DNA of 64,000 nt, taken from Ginglymostoma cirratum (Eukaryota). Below the pieces are notes generated by a model, which saw nothing but the letters and a program-made list of their open reading frames with translations, had not been told where the DNA came from and did no database searches. The position numbers and the translations under genes were made by a program. Below, piece by piece: positions 11,421 through 22,689 of the stretch; within the stretch, counting starts at the first letter, position 1, and every line of letters begins with the position of its first letter. Location of the stretch: contig JAHRHZ010000087.1 of NCBI GenBank assembly GCA_024137785.1, positions 17,860,258-17,924,257 of the forward strand, given 5' to 3'.

Positions 11421-12429
11421 CTTGAAACAACGTGTCTGACACTTTGGTAGACCTTGACTGTTAACGGGGAAGCAATTCTGTTGAGTACTAGCTTGAGCAT
11501 GTCAGACTATTGAAATACTTAGTCCATTACTTAATTAGAATTTCAATCAAGCTCTAAGAACAAATCAAAAAGACCCAGGATTTCTTTCAGGTCAATAATC
11601 TTTGAGTTCATTAAAAAAAAGAAGCCTTTTCTCAGATTTAAGCAATCTACTGAGTGCCTCTGTTTCCCTCCAATGCCTATCTGCAAATAGTCCAGCTGTC
11701 AGGGATGCTTAAATTAGTGTTACTGCAGTAAATTTGCAATCACTGTTGATTTTGTTGAAAAATTTGGAGCTGTATTAACTAAATCATTGAGGACCTTGGT
11801 GGAGCAGCATTACAGTCTCAAGAATGTAAAGCATGATGTAATTCATAACATAAATCACTCATGCCCTAATTTTCTGGCATTTCTGTGCCATAATAATGGT
11901 GTATGCTATAGATGTACTTTTGCAATGGCACAGATTTTCGGGTAAATCAAAGCTGTTATTCAACCAGAGAATTTTTTTTTTTTGCTAAGTGATTGCTAAG
12001 CCCTTGAAAGCAGTGGAAATTAATTCACAACCCAAAAGTGTGTGAATGAATTTCCTGGATTCCTTTCAAAAATGAGTCACACATTTTCAAAACTTTCCAT
12101 GTCATTGACATGAAGCATTATTAGTAGTTCTTTGGTTCAGAGGTTTATATCCTGAAGGAATGAAAGACATTGGCATGCAAATTTACAGTGTCATAGTATG
12201 AATCAAAAACTTTAATGCTTGTACGAAAGGCCAACCCTAAGCCAGTTACATTGTTTCTGAACATCTGGCAGATGCACTTCAGTGCTTTACTTGCATTGTT
12301 CTGTGTAATATTATTACTTCGCGCAGTAGTCTATTTCATAATTCATTCCCGTGACTCAAAGGATCGGTTTAATTTCTGCAATATGCATCTTGAATTCTTT
12401 TCATTTCCAAAGCGTTAAACTTAACTTAG

Positions 12430-12800
12430 TATTTAAATGGCAAAACTTCATAATATCAGGACATCCCAAAGCACTTTACAGGCAATTAAGTTGATTCACT
12501 GCTTTAATGTTTTGAGAGTAAATTCTTTTACTCAGCAAGGTTCCACAAATAATGATAAAATAGACCACCCATTTTTGGCAATTTTGGTTGAGGGGAATCT
12601 AAAATGGTCTTCCTTGAAGATCTCATGGGAACTTTTTATGTTCGCTGATTTAATGTTTCATTTCAAAGAAAATACATTTGGTGTAACATTGCTACAGTAC
12701 CATACTGGATCATATTAGCTTGGTTTAGGTACTCAAATCTCTTGACTGGGATTGGAAAATTCAGAGACAAGACGGCTACTTAGCGAACAAAGATGGACAC
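12430..12800 (-). mobile_element. Decayed Deu-domain (SacSINE1-like) SINE
   Basis: CATCCCAAAGCACTTTACA, CAGCAAGGTTCCACAAA, GGTTGAGGGGA, CATGGGAACTTTTTA and CTCAAATCTC occur in the order I recall for shark DeuSINEs. Confidence 0.55.
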
Positions 12801-13089
12801 TTGTTAACTTTAATAGTCTATAAAAATCTTAGCCATGTGGTGCTAAAGAGACAGATTTTTGAAGAAAATTCAACTGATTTAAGAATGAGATTTCTTGATC
12901 AGATTAACTCCTAAGCAGTTGGGCTGTACACTGCCACTTTACGGCTTTGCAAATGTAGGCGAACAGTGCAGGGATGGGAGATCATGATATCACCACTCCA
13001 ATGTAGCAACAGTGAGCCAATCTCCTCAGATCAGACAGGGTACTTTTGTGCCTGACTGAGATTGGAACAAGGCATCCAAACCAAACGAC

Positions 13090-14125
13090 ATTATGATCCC
13101 AACTGATGTTACAACTGGACAAGTCAGATCCAGAATTAAATCTGCTTGATAGATCATATGTTGCTTTTTTTCTAATTTAAAGTGGTAGTCTTTCCCTGAA
13201 CAAAAATACACAGGCTACAGATTTGGTTTTAACAATAAAATCATACTTCATTCCACAAAAGGAATTAGAAAAAGCATATCATGTTCTCTGAATATAATGA
13301 AGTGTGAAGGCCTTCGAAACACATAGCAAAATAAAGTTTCATCTACTCCCCAACAACATCACTTTATAGTTACTCAAAAAAAAATGTTCCCTTTCTGCCC
13401 AATCTGTAGATTTTATTTGACTGTTTTCTCCCTCAGTTCCTGTGAATGGTGCAATCTTTGCCTCGAATTCTCGCACCACTTGAAATCCTAGACTTTCTTG
13501 TCTTTGAATAACATGCAGATCGCTAATCAAAAATACTTGATCTGGAAGTTTTCACAAGCTGAAATCCTTAAGCTAAAGTAATTTATTCCCTTAAATGATC
13601 TGAACAAACTCCTTTTTCTAGGAGAAACTATTATTACATCTGACTTCAGTCAGGTCTCCTTCAAAATGAATTCACAAGCTTTTAACTAAATTAAAAACAA
13701 ACGTACTCATCCCAGCTTCTGCAAAGCTAATGATTTAATTTTTTTCACCAACTGTCATAGAACCCAAAATATTAACAAACTTCCATTAACACTACTGGAG
13801 GCCTTTAGTTGCCTGCTCTCTGAAACATACCGGCTTGAAATCATGTTTCCAAAAAGACTGAAACAAAAACAAAGTTGCTGGAAAAGCTCAGCAGGTCTGG
13901 CAGCATCCGTGAAGGAAAAGACAGAGTTAACGTTTCGGGTCTGGTGACCCTTCCTCAGAACTGTTTTTATTCCTGATTTACAGCAACCGCAGTTTTTTCG
14001 GTTTCCAAAAAGACTGACCAGTTAATTGTGAAACCTCTTCCCCAGCAAAAAAAAGACCAGCACCCATATCTGTCTCTCTGTCTCTGGACAGTCATATTAA
14101 GGAATTCCCATTGAAACATCACAAT
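13090..14125. mobile_element. Probable solo LTR-like repeat hosting a hammerhead mini-insertion
   Basis: Begins TTATGATCCCAACTGATGTTAC... and ends ...AACATCACA. Non-coding, about 1 kb. Recognised by resemblance only. Confidence 0.35.
13862..14000 (-). mobile_element. PLE-terminus mini-insertion (family B) with intact hammerhead (13925-13962) and 17-bp TSD
   Basis: Minus strand AGTT-CTGAGGA-A-GGGTC-ACCA-GACCC-GAAAC-GTT-AACT. Flanked by GTTTCCAAAAAGACTGA at 13845-13861 and 14001-14017. Confidence 0.88.
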
Positions 14126-14394
14126 GACAGTTTCTTATAAGAGGGTTTTCAAGGATGCCACTTGGTGATCCAGACACTGGAATTGCAATTTAGAACCTTG
14201 ATCGCCTGCTCAATGATTATTCTGCTGAACAGGTAGCATTAATTATATTTTGATGGTGTCTCTGCCTAGGGATCATGACCACCAGGCCTGTATGCAGGGT
14301 GGTCAATGAACTGGGAATTTATTTTGTTTGTTTAGTCTCATTTTAGTTATTTTTGGTCTTCCTGTTCTAAAAACAAACAGCATCAAAATTTTAG

Positions 14395-14552
14395 AGATAA
14401 TAAGTACTGCAGATGCTGGAGAATCCGAGGTAACAAGGTGTGGAGCTGGATGAACACAGCAGGCCAAGCAGCATCATAGGAGCAGGAAACGTCAAGCTTT
14501 CCTGCTCCTATGATACTGCTTGGCCTGCTGTTTTCATCCAGCTCCACACCTT
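14395..14552. mobile_element. Fold-back PLE-terminus insertion (family A): 55-bp inverted arms, 16-bp TSD
   Basis: 14435-14489 is the reverse complement of 14498-14552 with 2 mismatches. AGCATCAAAATTTTAG at 14379-14394 and 14553-14568. Confidence 0.9.
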
Positions 14553-14707
14553 AGCATCAAAATTTTAGCCTTAAACAGGCTAATGGTTAGCTTACTGTAC
14601 AACAATTGTTGGAAGTTACTGAGTAGAAATGTGATACAGTTATCAGATAACATACCAATTTAAAGATTAAATATTGATGTGGATAAAAGGTACTTATGAA
14701 ATTGGAT

Positions 14708-15218
14708 TAGAGATAGTAGGAACTGCCAATTGGATTAGAGATAGTAGGAACTGCCGATGCTGGAGAATCTGAGATAACAAGGTGTAGAGCTGGATGAACN
14801 NNNNNNNNNNNNNNNNNNNNNNNNNNNNNNNNNNNNNNNNNNNNNNNNNNNNNNNNNNNNNNNNNNNNNNNNNNNNNNNNNNNNNNNNNNNNNNNNNNNN
14901 NNNNNNNNNNNNNNNNNNNNNNNNNNNNNNNNNNNNNNNNNNNNNNNNNNNNNNNNNNNNNNNNNNNNNNNNNNNNNNNNNNNNNNNNNNNNNNNNNNNN
15001 NNNNNNNNNNNNNNNNNNNNNNNNNNNNNNNNNNNNNNNNNNNNNNNNNNNNNNNNNNNNNNNNNNNNNNNNNNNNNNNNNNNNNNNNNNNNNNNNNNNN
15101 NNNNNNNNNNNNNNNNNNNNNNNNNNNNNNNNNNNNNNNNNNNNNNNNNNNNNNNNNNNNNNNNNNNNNNNNNNNNNNNNNNNNNNNNNNNNNNNNNNNT
15201 CTACACCTTGTTATCTTG
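14708..15218. mobile_element. PLE insertion with inverted termini spanning an assembly gap
   Basis: Left: AGATAGTAGGAACTGCC...AGATAACAAGGTGTAGAGCTGGATGAAC. Right: TCTACACCTTGTTATCT (inverted). TATGAAATTGGAT duplicated at 14695-14707 and 15219-15231. Confidence 0.8.
14800..15199. other. Assembly gap (400 N)
   Basis: Run of N. Confidence 1.
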
Positions 15219-16711
15219 TATGAAATTGGATGTAGTTTCAGTCTGTCATTAGTGCATGCTGTTGCTTGTTTGTAGATTGTCTTTCGGGAAGTGAAATTGT
15301 TGAAAACTTGAAGTCAGAATTTAGCGGAAGTGATTGTTTCTATAATTGAATAGTTGGAGATTTCTTAAATAGGTGGACTCAGGGTTAGAGCTGGCTTTGA
15401 GAGAGACCAAAAGGGAAGGTTTCTTGTTCTTCATTAGTTCTGTGGTAACAGTACTTTCAGATTGGCTTGTCTCTTTCTGCAGAACTCTGTTGATTTCTGA
15501 AAGCCTTTCTCTTGTCAGTGTGAATTCACTCTGTAATACTGGATCAGAGATCTTCCTGGTTTTAAAATGGAATTTCATAACCTGATAAACTTCAAACTTA
15601 AAATGGCTGCTAAATTAACTTTTGATGAATTATCATTCAATAGAGCAAAATAAGTTCTGTAAGGATTCCCACAGAGAGTTCTGCCAGACTCCTGTGTATT
15701 TCAGATTTTTTTGGAGTTTTCAAACCTTTGGGTCATCCCAGGGATAATCACACTCTTAATGGTTCCCTTTGTCATTACTACTGGACTAATACATAAGTTT
15801 GTCTGCCTTTACTGACAGATTTTTTTGGTTTTCTTCAGTCAGGTGGCTTTTGGCAGCCATTTGTAAAAACTGTGACTACATTTTTAAACAGTCAGTAACC
15901 TTCTTTACAAAACATATAGTGTTACAATTACAGAGTTGTAACACCAGTGCTCCTGCAGGGGGGTCAGTAGCCATTTCTCAAGGGTTATCTCTTATTCCCT
16001 AGGATCCATCCGTGTACTTTAACAGTTTGCACAAAGACCTGAGGCAGTTTAAACTGACAGAGGACTGAAGCTTTTATTGTGCTCACGGACCAGTTGGCCT
16101 TTGAGAGAGTGTAAGCCCTTCCTGTTGATGGGTCTCACTGATTGGTCACTTGGTTCCTTCACGGCTGTACCATTGCATCTGATGACGCTTCAACATGGGA
16201 GAAATCTAGCAATGGAAATGAAATTCCGATTCCCCTGTCCCAGCATGGCTTTATCTGTCTTTAAATGAGTGTACTGTCCAGCTCTAGCAGTGAACACATC
16301 AATGACCAGTAAGATGCAATGGTACTGAGCTATTTCTGAGTACTAACATTGACTGCTGGGATGCTAGCTCTGTTCTTGCCTTCAGGGGCCTTGAAAATCT
16401 AGCCCTCTATCGCCACCTGGTGAATGAGATTCACTAAGTGAACTGTGAGGCATCTGGCTGTTCCTTGAAAATAGTGCAAGGTGGCCTCGTAAATGGCTAC
16501 CTGTATGGAATGGGAAATATTGCCCACATTTAGAAACCATTATTGATTTTGGCATAACCGTTTCAAGTTTGTTTGGACTATTTCAGATAAAAATGGACTA
16601 TAGAAATTAGCATTGTACTAGATATGAAATGAGTTATAGACTGAAAGCTTGAGTCCACAAAGGTGTGCAGGGATACCTAGCTGCCTAATGCATAGAACAA
16701 TAGCTGGTGTA

Positions 16712-16812
16712 AGTGATGCAGTGGTAATGTCCCTGCCGCTCAGCCAGGAAGCCTAGGTTCAAGTCCCACCTGCTCCAAATGTGTGTATTAGCATCACTGA
16801 ACAGGGTTGGTG
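16712..16812 (+). mobile_element. Short tRNA-derived SINE (third family)
   Basis: GCAGTGGTAATGTCCCT...GGTTCAAGTCCCACCTGCTCC. Inverse copy at 17805-17925. Confidence 0.65.
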
Positions 16813-17804
16813 TGTCGGACATGTTGCTCAAGACATTGAGGTGGAGCAGTTTGTAGAACACCTTTTTTTAAAGGTAGCTACAGTTCCTTGCAGGACACAA
16901 GAACTACCTGATGTAACTGTAAATTTGTCTTTCCCCAAATGTGAAACATCAGGCATTGTCTTCTGGGAAGAAATCTGGCCCTAACCCAATGTCGTTGATG
17001 GAGTGCATAAAATATAATGAAATGCTAATCTCAAAAGTTCAGTAAATGTTCTTTAATTAAGTTATGTAAACAATCAGATGTAATTGCAAATTCTTATACA
17101 GCTCACTAGCTCCTTTTTTAATTTCAAGACACAGAATGAAACCATTATTGCATAAGTTTTTAAAGGTTTCATTTGGAAGTCCTTGCTATTTTAGCAAAAG
17201 CTTTAAACCATATATTTTAAACAGGTTTCTTAAATTAGTGAAGAAAAGGATTTCAGGACAATGTCTTAAATGCTGAGTTTCAAAACACTGAAAATGTGAG
17301 TCCTGTGTGGAAGAATTAATAATATTAATAACGTAATAATTGAAAGCAAAGGAAACATGTTATGTCTGTGACAGGAGAAATGTTCTGATAATCGATCCTA
17401 ACTACTCCACCAGTTGCACCATATGTGTAAATGTGTTTATTCAACTACCAAAATAGCCAAATTGACTCTCTTTAGTACTACTCCCAGGATAAAAGATACT
17501 TGCACCATTCATCTTTAATGAACTCAAAATAACCCATTAATTAGGAACAAAAATTATTAAGACAAGAAGCAAACACTGGTTAATACCTAAACTGTAATCC
17601 AGAATTAAAACCATATCTCCTTAGACCTACATGTAGACACAAACACTCTGACTCTGAAACTACACAAAAAGACCAGCCTCTGAGGAGATGATGGTTATTC
17701 AAAAAACTGACACAAGGGTAAAGCAACCCCGGTAAGTCAAACATCTGGAAACAAATGATAGAATGTGATGACTTTTTCCATCCATTGGGGTTTTTTTATT
17801 AACC

Positions 17805-17925
17805 TAAATTTCCTAATCAATCTGTTCAGTAATATTATGACACACTTCTGGAGCAGGTGGGACTTGAATTGAGGCCTCCTGGGCTAAGGACAGGCATACT
17901 ACCACTGTGCCACAAGAGGACCCCT
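17805..17925 (-). mobile_element. Short tRNA-derived SINE (third family)
   Basis: GGAGCAGGTGGGACTTGAA...TACCACTGTGCCACAAGAG is the reverse-complement homologue of 16712-16812. Confidence 0.7.
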
Positions 17926-18060
17926 AGCCATTAGGTTTTTGGATTGAGCTGAATTGCTGATAGCTATAGATTGATGGTCATTGTCCAGCTCTGAATGCTG
18001 TTAACTTTGGTTTGAGTCACTAGGGTTTGGACACAGACTACTCTTTCGGGTTTTGTCAGG

Positions 18061-18965
18061 TCATGGAGTCATAGAGCCATATGGCATGGAAACAGACCCT
18101 TCGGTCCAACTCATCCATGTCGACCAGTTTTCCAAACTAAACCAGTCCCATGTGCCTGTGTTTGGCCCACATCAGTTTAAATCTTTCCCATCCATGTACC
18201 TGTTCAAATGTCTTTTAAATATTGTAATTGTATTCACCTCTACCACTTCCTCTGGCAGTTCGTTCCAGATACACGTCACCTTTTGTGTGAAAAAGTTGCC
18301 CCTCAGGTCTATTTTAAATCTTTCCTCTCTCACCTTAAATGTATACTGTCTAGTTTTGAACCCAGCTATACTTGGGAAAAGACCTTTGCCATTCACCTTA
18401 TCTGTATCTCTTGTAATTTTATGAGGTCACCCCTCAACCTCGTACATTTCAGGGAAAGAAATCCCAGCCTATTCAGCCTCTCCTTATAAGTCAAACCCTC
18501 CAGTCCTAGCAACATGCCTGTAAATATTTTCTGTACCCTTTCCAATTTAGTAACATCTTTCCTATAGAAGGGCAACTCAACCGTACACAGTATTCCAAAA
18601 GTGGCCTCACCAATGTCCTGTGCAGTTGCAACATGGTGTCCCACCTCCTGTACTCAATGCTCTGACCAATGAAGGCAAGCATGCCAAATGCTTTCTTCAC
18701 CACCCTGTGTACTGTGACACCAGTCTCGAAGGAACTGTGTACCTGAACCCCTAGATCTCTCTGTTTGACAACATTCCCCCAGGGCCCTACCATTAACTGT
18801 GTAAGTCAGGCCCTGGTTTATCTTACCAAAATGCAATACCTTGCATTTATCTAAATTAAACTCTTTCTGCCACTCTTTGACCCATTGGCCCAGCTGATCA
18901 AGATCCCATTGTACTCTGAAATAACCTTCTTCACTGTTCACTATGCAATCAATTTTAGTATTTGG
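18061..18965 (-). mobile_element. CR1 (HER1-like) LINE, 5'-truncated
   Basis: EFNLDKCKVLHFG, QRDLGVQVH, LVRPLLEYCV, RLRGDLI and FFTQKV..IWNELPEEVV, plus short-repeat 3' tail (TCATAGAG). Confidence 0.92.
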
Positions 18966-19235
18966 AAACTCCATGTCCCCAGGAATACCTACATATGAAC
19001 AGGATTTCTAGAGATTAGCTTGCAGCTGCTAGGTATCTTCTTTGCTCTGACTTCTGGGTCTAAGTCCAAGAGCAGTTGCTGAGCAACCATTGGCATGCAG
19101 CCGCCTTACATTGCCAATTTTCCCTCTAAGTAAAGTAATAAATTCCATCTCTTATCTTCTTAAATGCTTAGCTTGGCTGTTTTGTAGAAGTCACTTGATT
19201 TCAAGTAAACAGCAGATACATGATAGCACAAATTA

Positions 19236-19342
19236 AACTAAAAGCAAAATAGTGTAGATGCTGGAAATTTGAAATAAAAAGAGAAAATGGCAGCATCTGT
19301 GGAACTAGTTAATATTTTGAGTACAAAATAACTTCTTCAGAA
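19236..19342 (-). mobile_element. Decayed family-B PLE-terminus mini-element
   Basis: GTAGATGCTGGAAATTTGAAATAAAAA...GGCAGCATCTGTGGA...GTTAATATTTTGAGT...CTTCTTCAGAAC. Only the CTGAAGA box survives. Confidence 0.6.
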
Positions 19343-20118
19343 CGTATTAAATTGTTGGCTTCATTTCCAAGAAATCACATGGCAAAAATCCCTTTCAATC
19401 CAGAAAAGAAATTATTCAACATTTTTTAGGTTACCCATAGAGTTCTTAAATAAAAAACAATAATAACAGTTGATGTAGAAAAGGGCACCACTGCAATGAA
19501 CATTTAGCTATGCTACCAAAGTTTGGATTAATTAAAGGAAAGTGTATTTTGGTTGTGGCAAGGCAGGAAGACTAAAGGACGGTAAGGGGAAATGAAATTT
19601 GGTTGGTAAGTCCATTGATGAAGTGACATAATTAAGTAGCTCTTGTAAATGGTCTAAGTAGCCAAGAGATACTACCTACATGCCCTTAAAATCTTCTAAT
19701 TGTATTTCCAGTGACAAAGGATCCCTCTTAAAAAACTCGGAAAAGGGTATTCTCAGTAATTTGAACTGGTTATAGTTTGTAAAAATATCGGTTGCAATCA
19801 AAATGGTGTCCAGGTCCTAAATTCGTCATATATGAATTGGTCTCTCACCTGATTAGGTGGGGTTTTTTCTGGTTAAATTGAGGCCATGGAAAAGTTGGCT
19901 ACATGTACCTGAAGTGGGTTTTCTATGTTTTCAGCAAGATTAACAGATCATACAATCATTGTATCTGGAATTTCATTGTTTCATATCCAAACTTGTCAAA
20001 TAGCTTGATTTACCCCCTGTTAGCTGGCAGCCTTGATAACTGGATTGAGGGATGATTTCCCCTAAAATTTCATGTTAAGGTGGCCAAAACCACAAAATGC
20101 CAGTTTACTGTTTTTCAG

Positions 20119-20153
20119 AAGAAAGAAAACCATATCAAAGCCAAAAGCCAATG
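20119..20153 (+). CDS. Candidate 35-nt internal exon (RKKTISKPKAN) of an unidentified host gene
   Basis: TTTACTGTTTTTCAG acceptor and ATG|GTGAGG donor. One frame ends in phase 1, matching the phase-1 start of 21397-21461. Confidence 0.3.
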
Positions 20154-21396
20154 GTGAGGAAGTGCAGTACAGCAATGTGAGCATAGCTTCCTTTTCTTCC
20201 TTCCATGTCATAGATCACTAGAACAGGTTGTTCTCTCCTACATATATACTTCATTTTTCACTATCAGTATAGAGTTTAATAAATGATGCATCCGTTTTAC
20301 CTCTCAAAATGTTTAAACTGCAGAGGTGAGAGCAACTGTGCAGTGCAGGAAACCATGAAGATGACAAACATATTTTGTTTCAGGCAAATTAAGTGTTCGT
20401 TTAAGTGTCATCAAGTAAACTGAGTGTATCACCAATGCATGAGAAGGGTTGCAGTGAGCTCAGACAGGAAGGAATGTACAATCTAATTCTTTAAAACTTC
20501 CTTCCTCTGCAGTGCCAAAAATCTGTTTTTTTTCTCAGCTTGTGAAATAAGTTACAAAGCGTGGTTTTTTTTTTGCCTGAGGCATTGAAACAGAGCCTAT
20601 TTCCAGTACCACTGTGGCTCCACATTGTGCAGTGTCAACATCAGGGAATTAAAATGCATGAGATTAGGTTTCTTTTCATCGGTCCAATGTTTTTGCCAAA
20701 AGCACCAGCTCACAGTGCAGTTTCTTGAGTCTCCATCACCGTCAAGTATACCATGCCGATGGCTTCTCTTCAAGTTAGGCCAGTTAGTGAGTGTTAGAAG
20801 GTCTTTTCATCACGTCTTTATTCTGTGGTCAGGCACTCTGTGGCCATATGTAAACATTCTCCAGCAGAAGTCGCTACTAATCAATCAGGGGAAAGGGCAA
20901 TGACTAATTTTGTTTCACTTCCCTAATCTTGATACTGGAGCCAATTGTCAGCTAACAACATTTCCACAGCTTCATAGGTGGTTTGAAAATGATTTTAGAA
21001 CTCCAGCTTTCTCTTTCTGCTGAATTTAGTACAACATACAATAAAACTGTGTGTGGCAGAAGTTATTTTTGATGTTAATTGGTGACAGAAGTGCTAGCAC
21101 ATGTAGAAATTTAAACAACAATTGTTCTGAACTCATTTTTATTTTCTTACTGAAGCTCTGATTTCACTTCTTCTTTCTTAAAATATTCCCCCTTCTTATC
21201 TCCCTCTTAAACACTGGACCTCAACTTCGGAATTGAAATAAGATATTTATTCTGATGTTCCTTTTGTTTATTTCAGCAACTTAAAATCAACCATTGCTAA
21301 AAATTCCACCTTCTCTCATCCCAGCCCTTAATTGGCTTCACTGAATTTATCTGTCTCTATGACCATCCTAACCCTGAGATAATTATCTGTTTTCAG

Positions 21397-21461
21397 AAAT
21401 AACGCCTATCGGCAGGTCTACATCCATGAAAAACAGTGACCCCTACGCCTCTCCACCCCTT
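21397..21461 (+). CDS. Candidate 65-nt internal coding exon (xITPIGRSTSMKNSDPYASPPL) of an unidentified host gene
   Basis: Branch point CTAAC at 21368-21372, acceptor ATCTGTTTTCAG, donor GTAAGT at 21462. Open frame phase 1 to phase 0. Three retained CpGs in unique sequence. Confidence 0.58.
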
Positions 21462-21777
21462 GTAAGTGCCCTTTGTTCAGACCTGTACTTTCTGCTGGTT
21501 GTCAAAAGTGCACCTTGCATTATTGATTGTGAGAAAATAGCACAATGAAAAATAGGCTTTTGGATACCTCTTCCCCAATGAAAGCAGGTTAAAATTGCAA
21601 ACTGGGGGGATGAAGGTGAGATCACGTAGAATTTTCCTAGTTCTTCAATGACGTGACCATTGAGAGTTAGTTGGGAAAATACGGTGGGAATGGAAAAACA
21701 AGACTTTTGACACTGAGGAAAGAAGTCCTATTTTCCGTTTAAGGTTTAAACGGCAAGCTAAGAATCTTAAATAAAAT

Positions 21778-21862
21778 TGGAAAATGCTATTGGCACTCAG
21801 TAGGAGCTCAGTGGAGAGAGAAGCAGAATTAATGTTTCAAGTCTAAAGACTTCTTCGGAACC
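21778..21862 (-). mobile_element. Decayed family-B PLE-terminus mini-element
   Basis: GGAGAGAGAAGCAGAATTAATGTTTCAAGTC...GACTTCTTCGGAAC, homologous to 13900-13960. Confidence 0.55.
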
Positions 21863-22042
21863 CCAAACCTTGCTTTTGTTTGGGACCAGAATCTCACCAC
21901 TGAATGGCGAGGGACCTGTTTGCTTGCATTAAAATCTCACTATTACTTATTCTCATCTCGTTTATATGCAGGTTGCTATTTTCCCAGGCAGTGGAAAGAA
22001 ACTAAATGGCAACAATTCCCCACATGAGTGGGTGCCTGGCAG

Positions 22043-22677
22043 CCTAGGTAGTGTTGTTGAACAGAGAGATCCAGAGGTTCAGGTACATAGTTCTTTGAAA
22101 GTTGCATCACAGGTAGACAGTGTGGTTAACTAAGTGTTTGGCATGCTTGCCTTCCTTGTACAGGGCATTGGTGAGGAGTACTTTTGGAGTACTGTGTTCA
22201 GTTCCACTCACCCTGCTATAGGAAGGAAATTATTAAAGTGGAGAGGATTCACAAAAGATATTGCCGGGGCTGGAGGGTTTGAGTTATAAGAAGAGGCTGG
22301 ATAGACTGTGACTCTTTTCAATGGAGGCAGGAGGTTGAGGGGTATCCTTATAGAGGTTTATAAAACCGTGAGAGACATAGATAAGGTGAATAGCAAAGGT
22401 CTTTTCTTTAGGGTGGGTAGGTCAGATTTAAAAGGGACCTCAGGTGCAACTTTTTCACACAGAGGGTGGTTTTGTGTGTGGAATGAACTGCCAGAGGAAG
22501 TGGTAGATGCAGGTACAGTTACAACATTTAAAAGACATTTGAATAGGTACATGAATAGGAAAGGTTTAGAGGGATATGGGCCAAATGCTGGCAAGTGGGA
22601 CTAGTTCAGTTTTGGAAAAGTGGTCAGCATTGATGATTTGGACTGAAGGACCTGTTTCCATGCTGTATGACTCAATG
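22043..22677 (+). mobile_element. CR1 LINE 3' fragment
   Basis: RRLRGILIEVYK and VWNELPEEVVDAGTVTTFKRHL, with tail CTGTATGACTC. Confidence 0.9.
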
Positions 22678-22689
22678 CAGCTCATCAGT

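Noticed and set aside
14435-14552. Interpretation as a DNA-transposon MITE or rho-independent terminator
   Set aside because: The arms are PLE terminus sequence, the structure is asymmetric, and the TSD is 16 bp.
14794-15252. 152-aa poly-X ORF
   Set aside because: Artefact of the N gap.
17624-17731. Exon candidate ending CCG|GTAAGT
   Set aside because: All three frames from the nearest good acceptor contain stops, and it lies in probable LTR-like repeat sequence.
20119-20221. Longer reading RKKTISKPKANGEEVQYSNV... resembling a receptor tyrosine motif
   Set aside because: No transmembrane or Ig exons are visible to support it, and a short motif like this can arise by chance.
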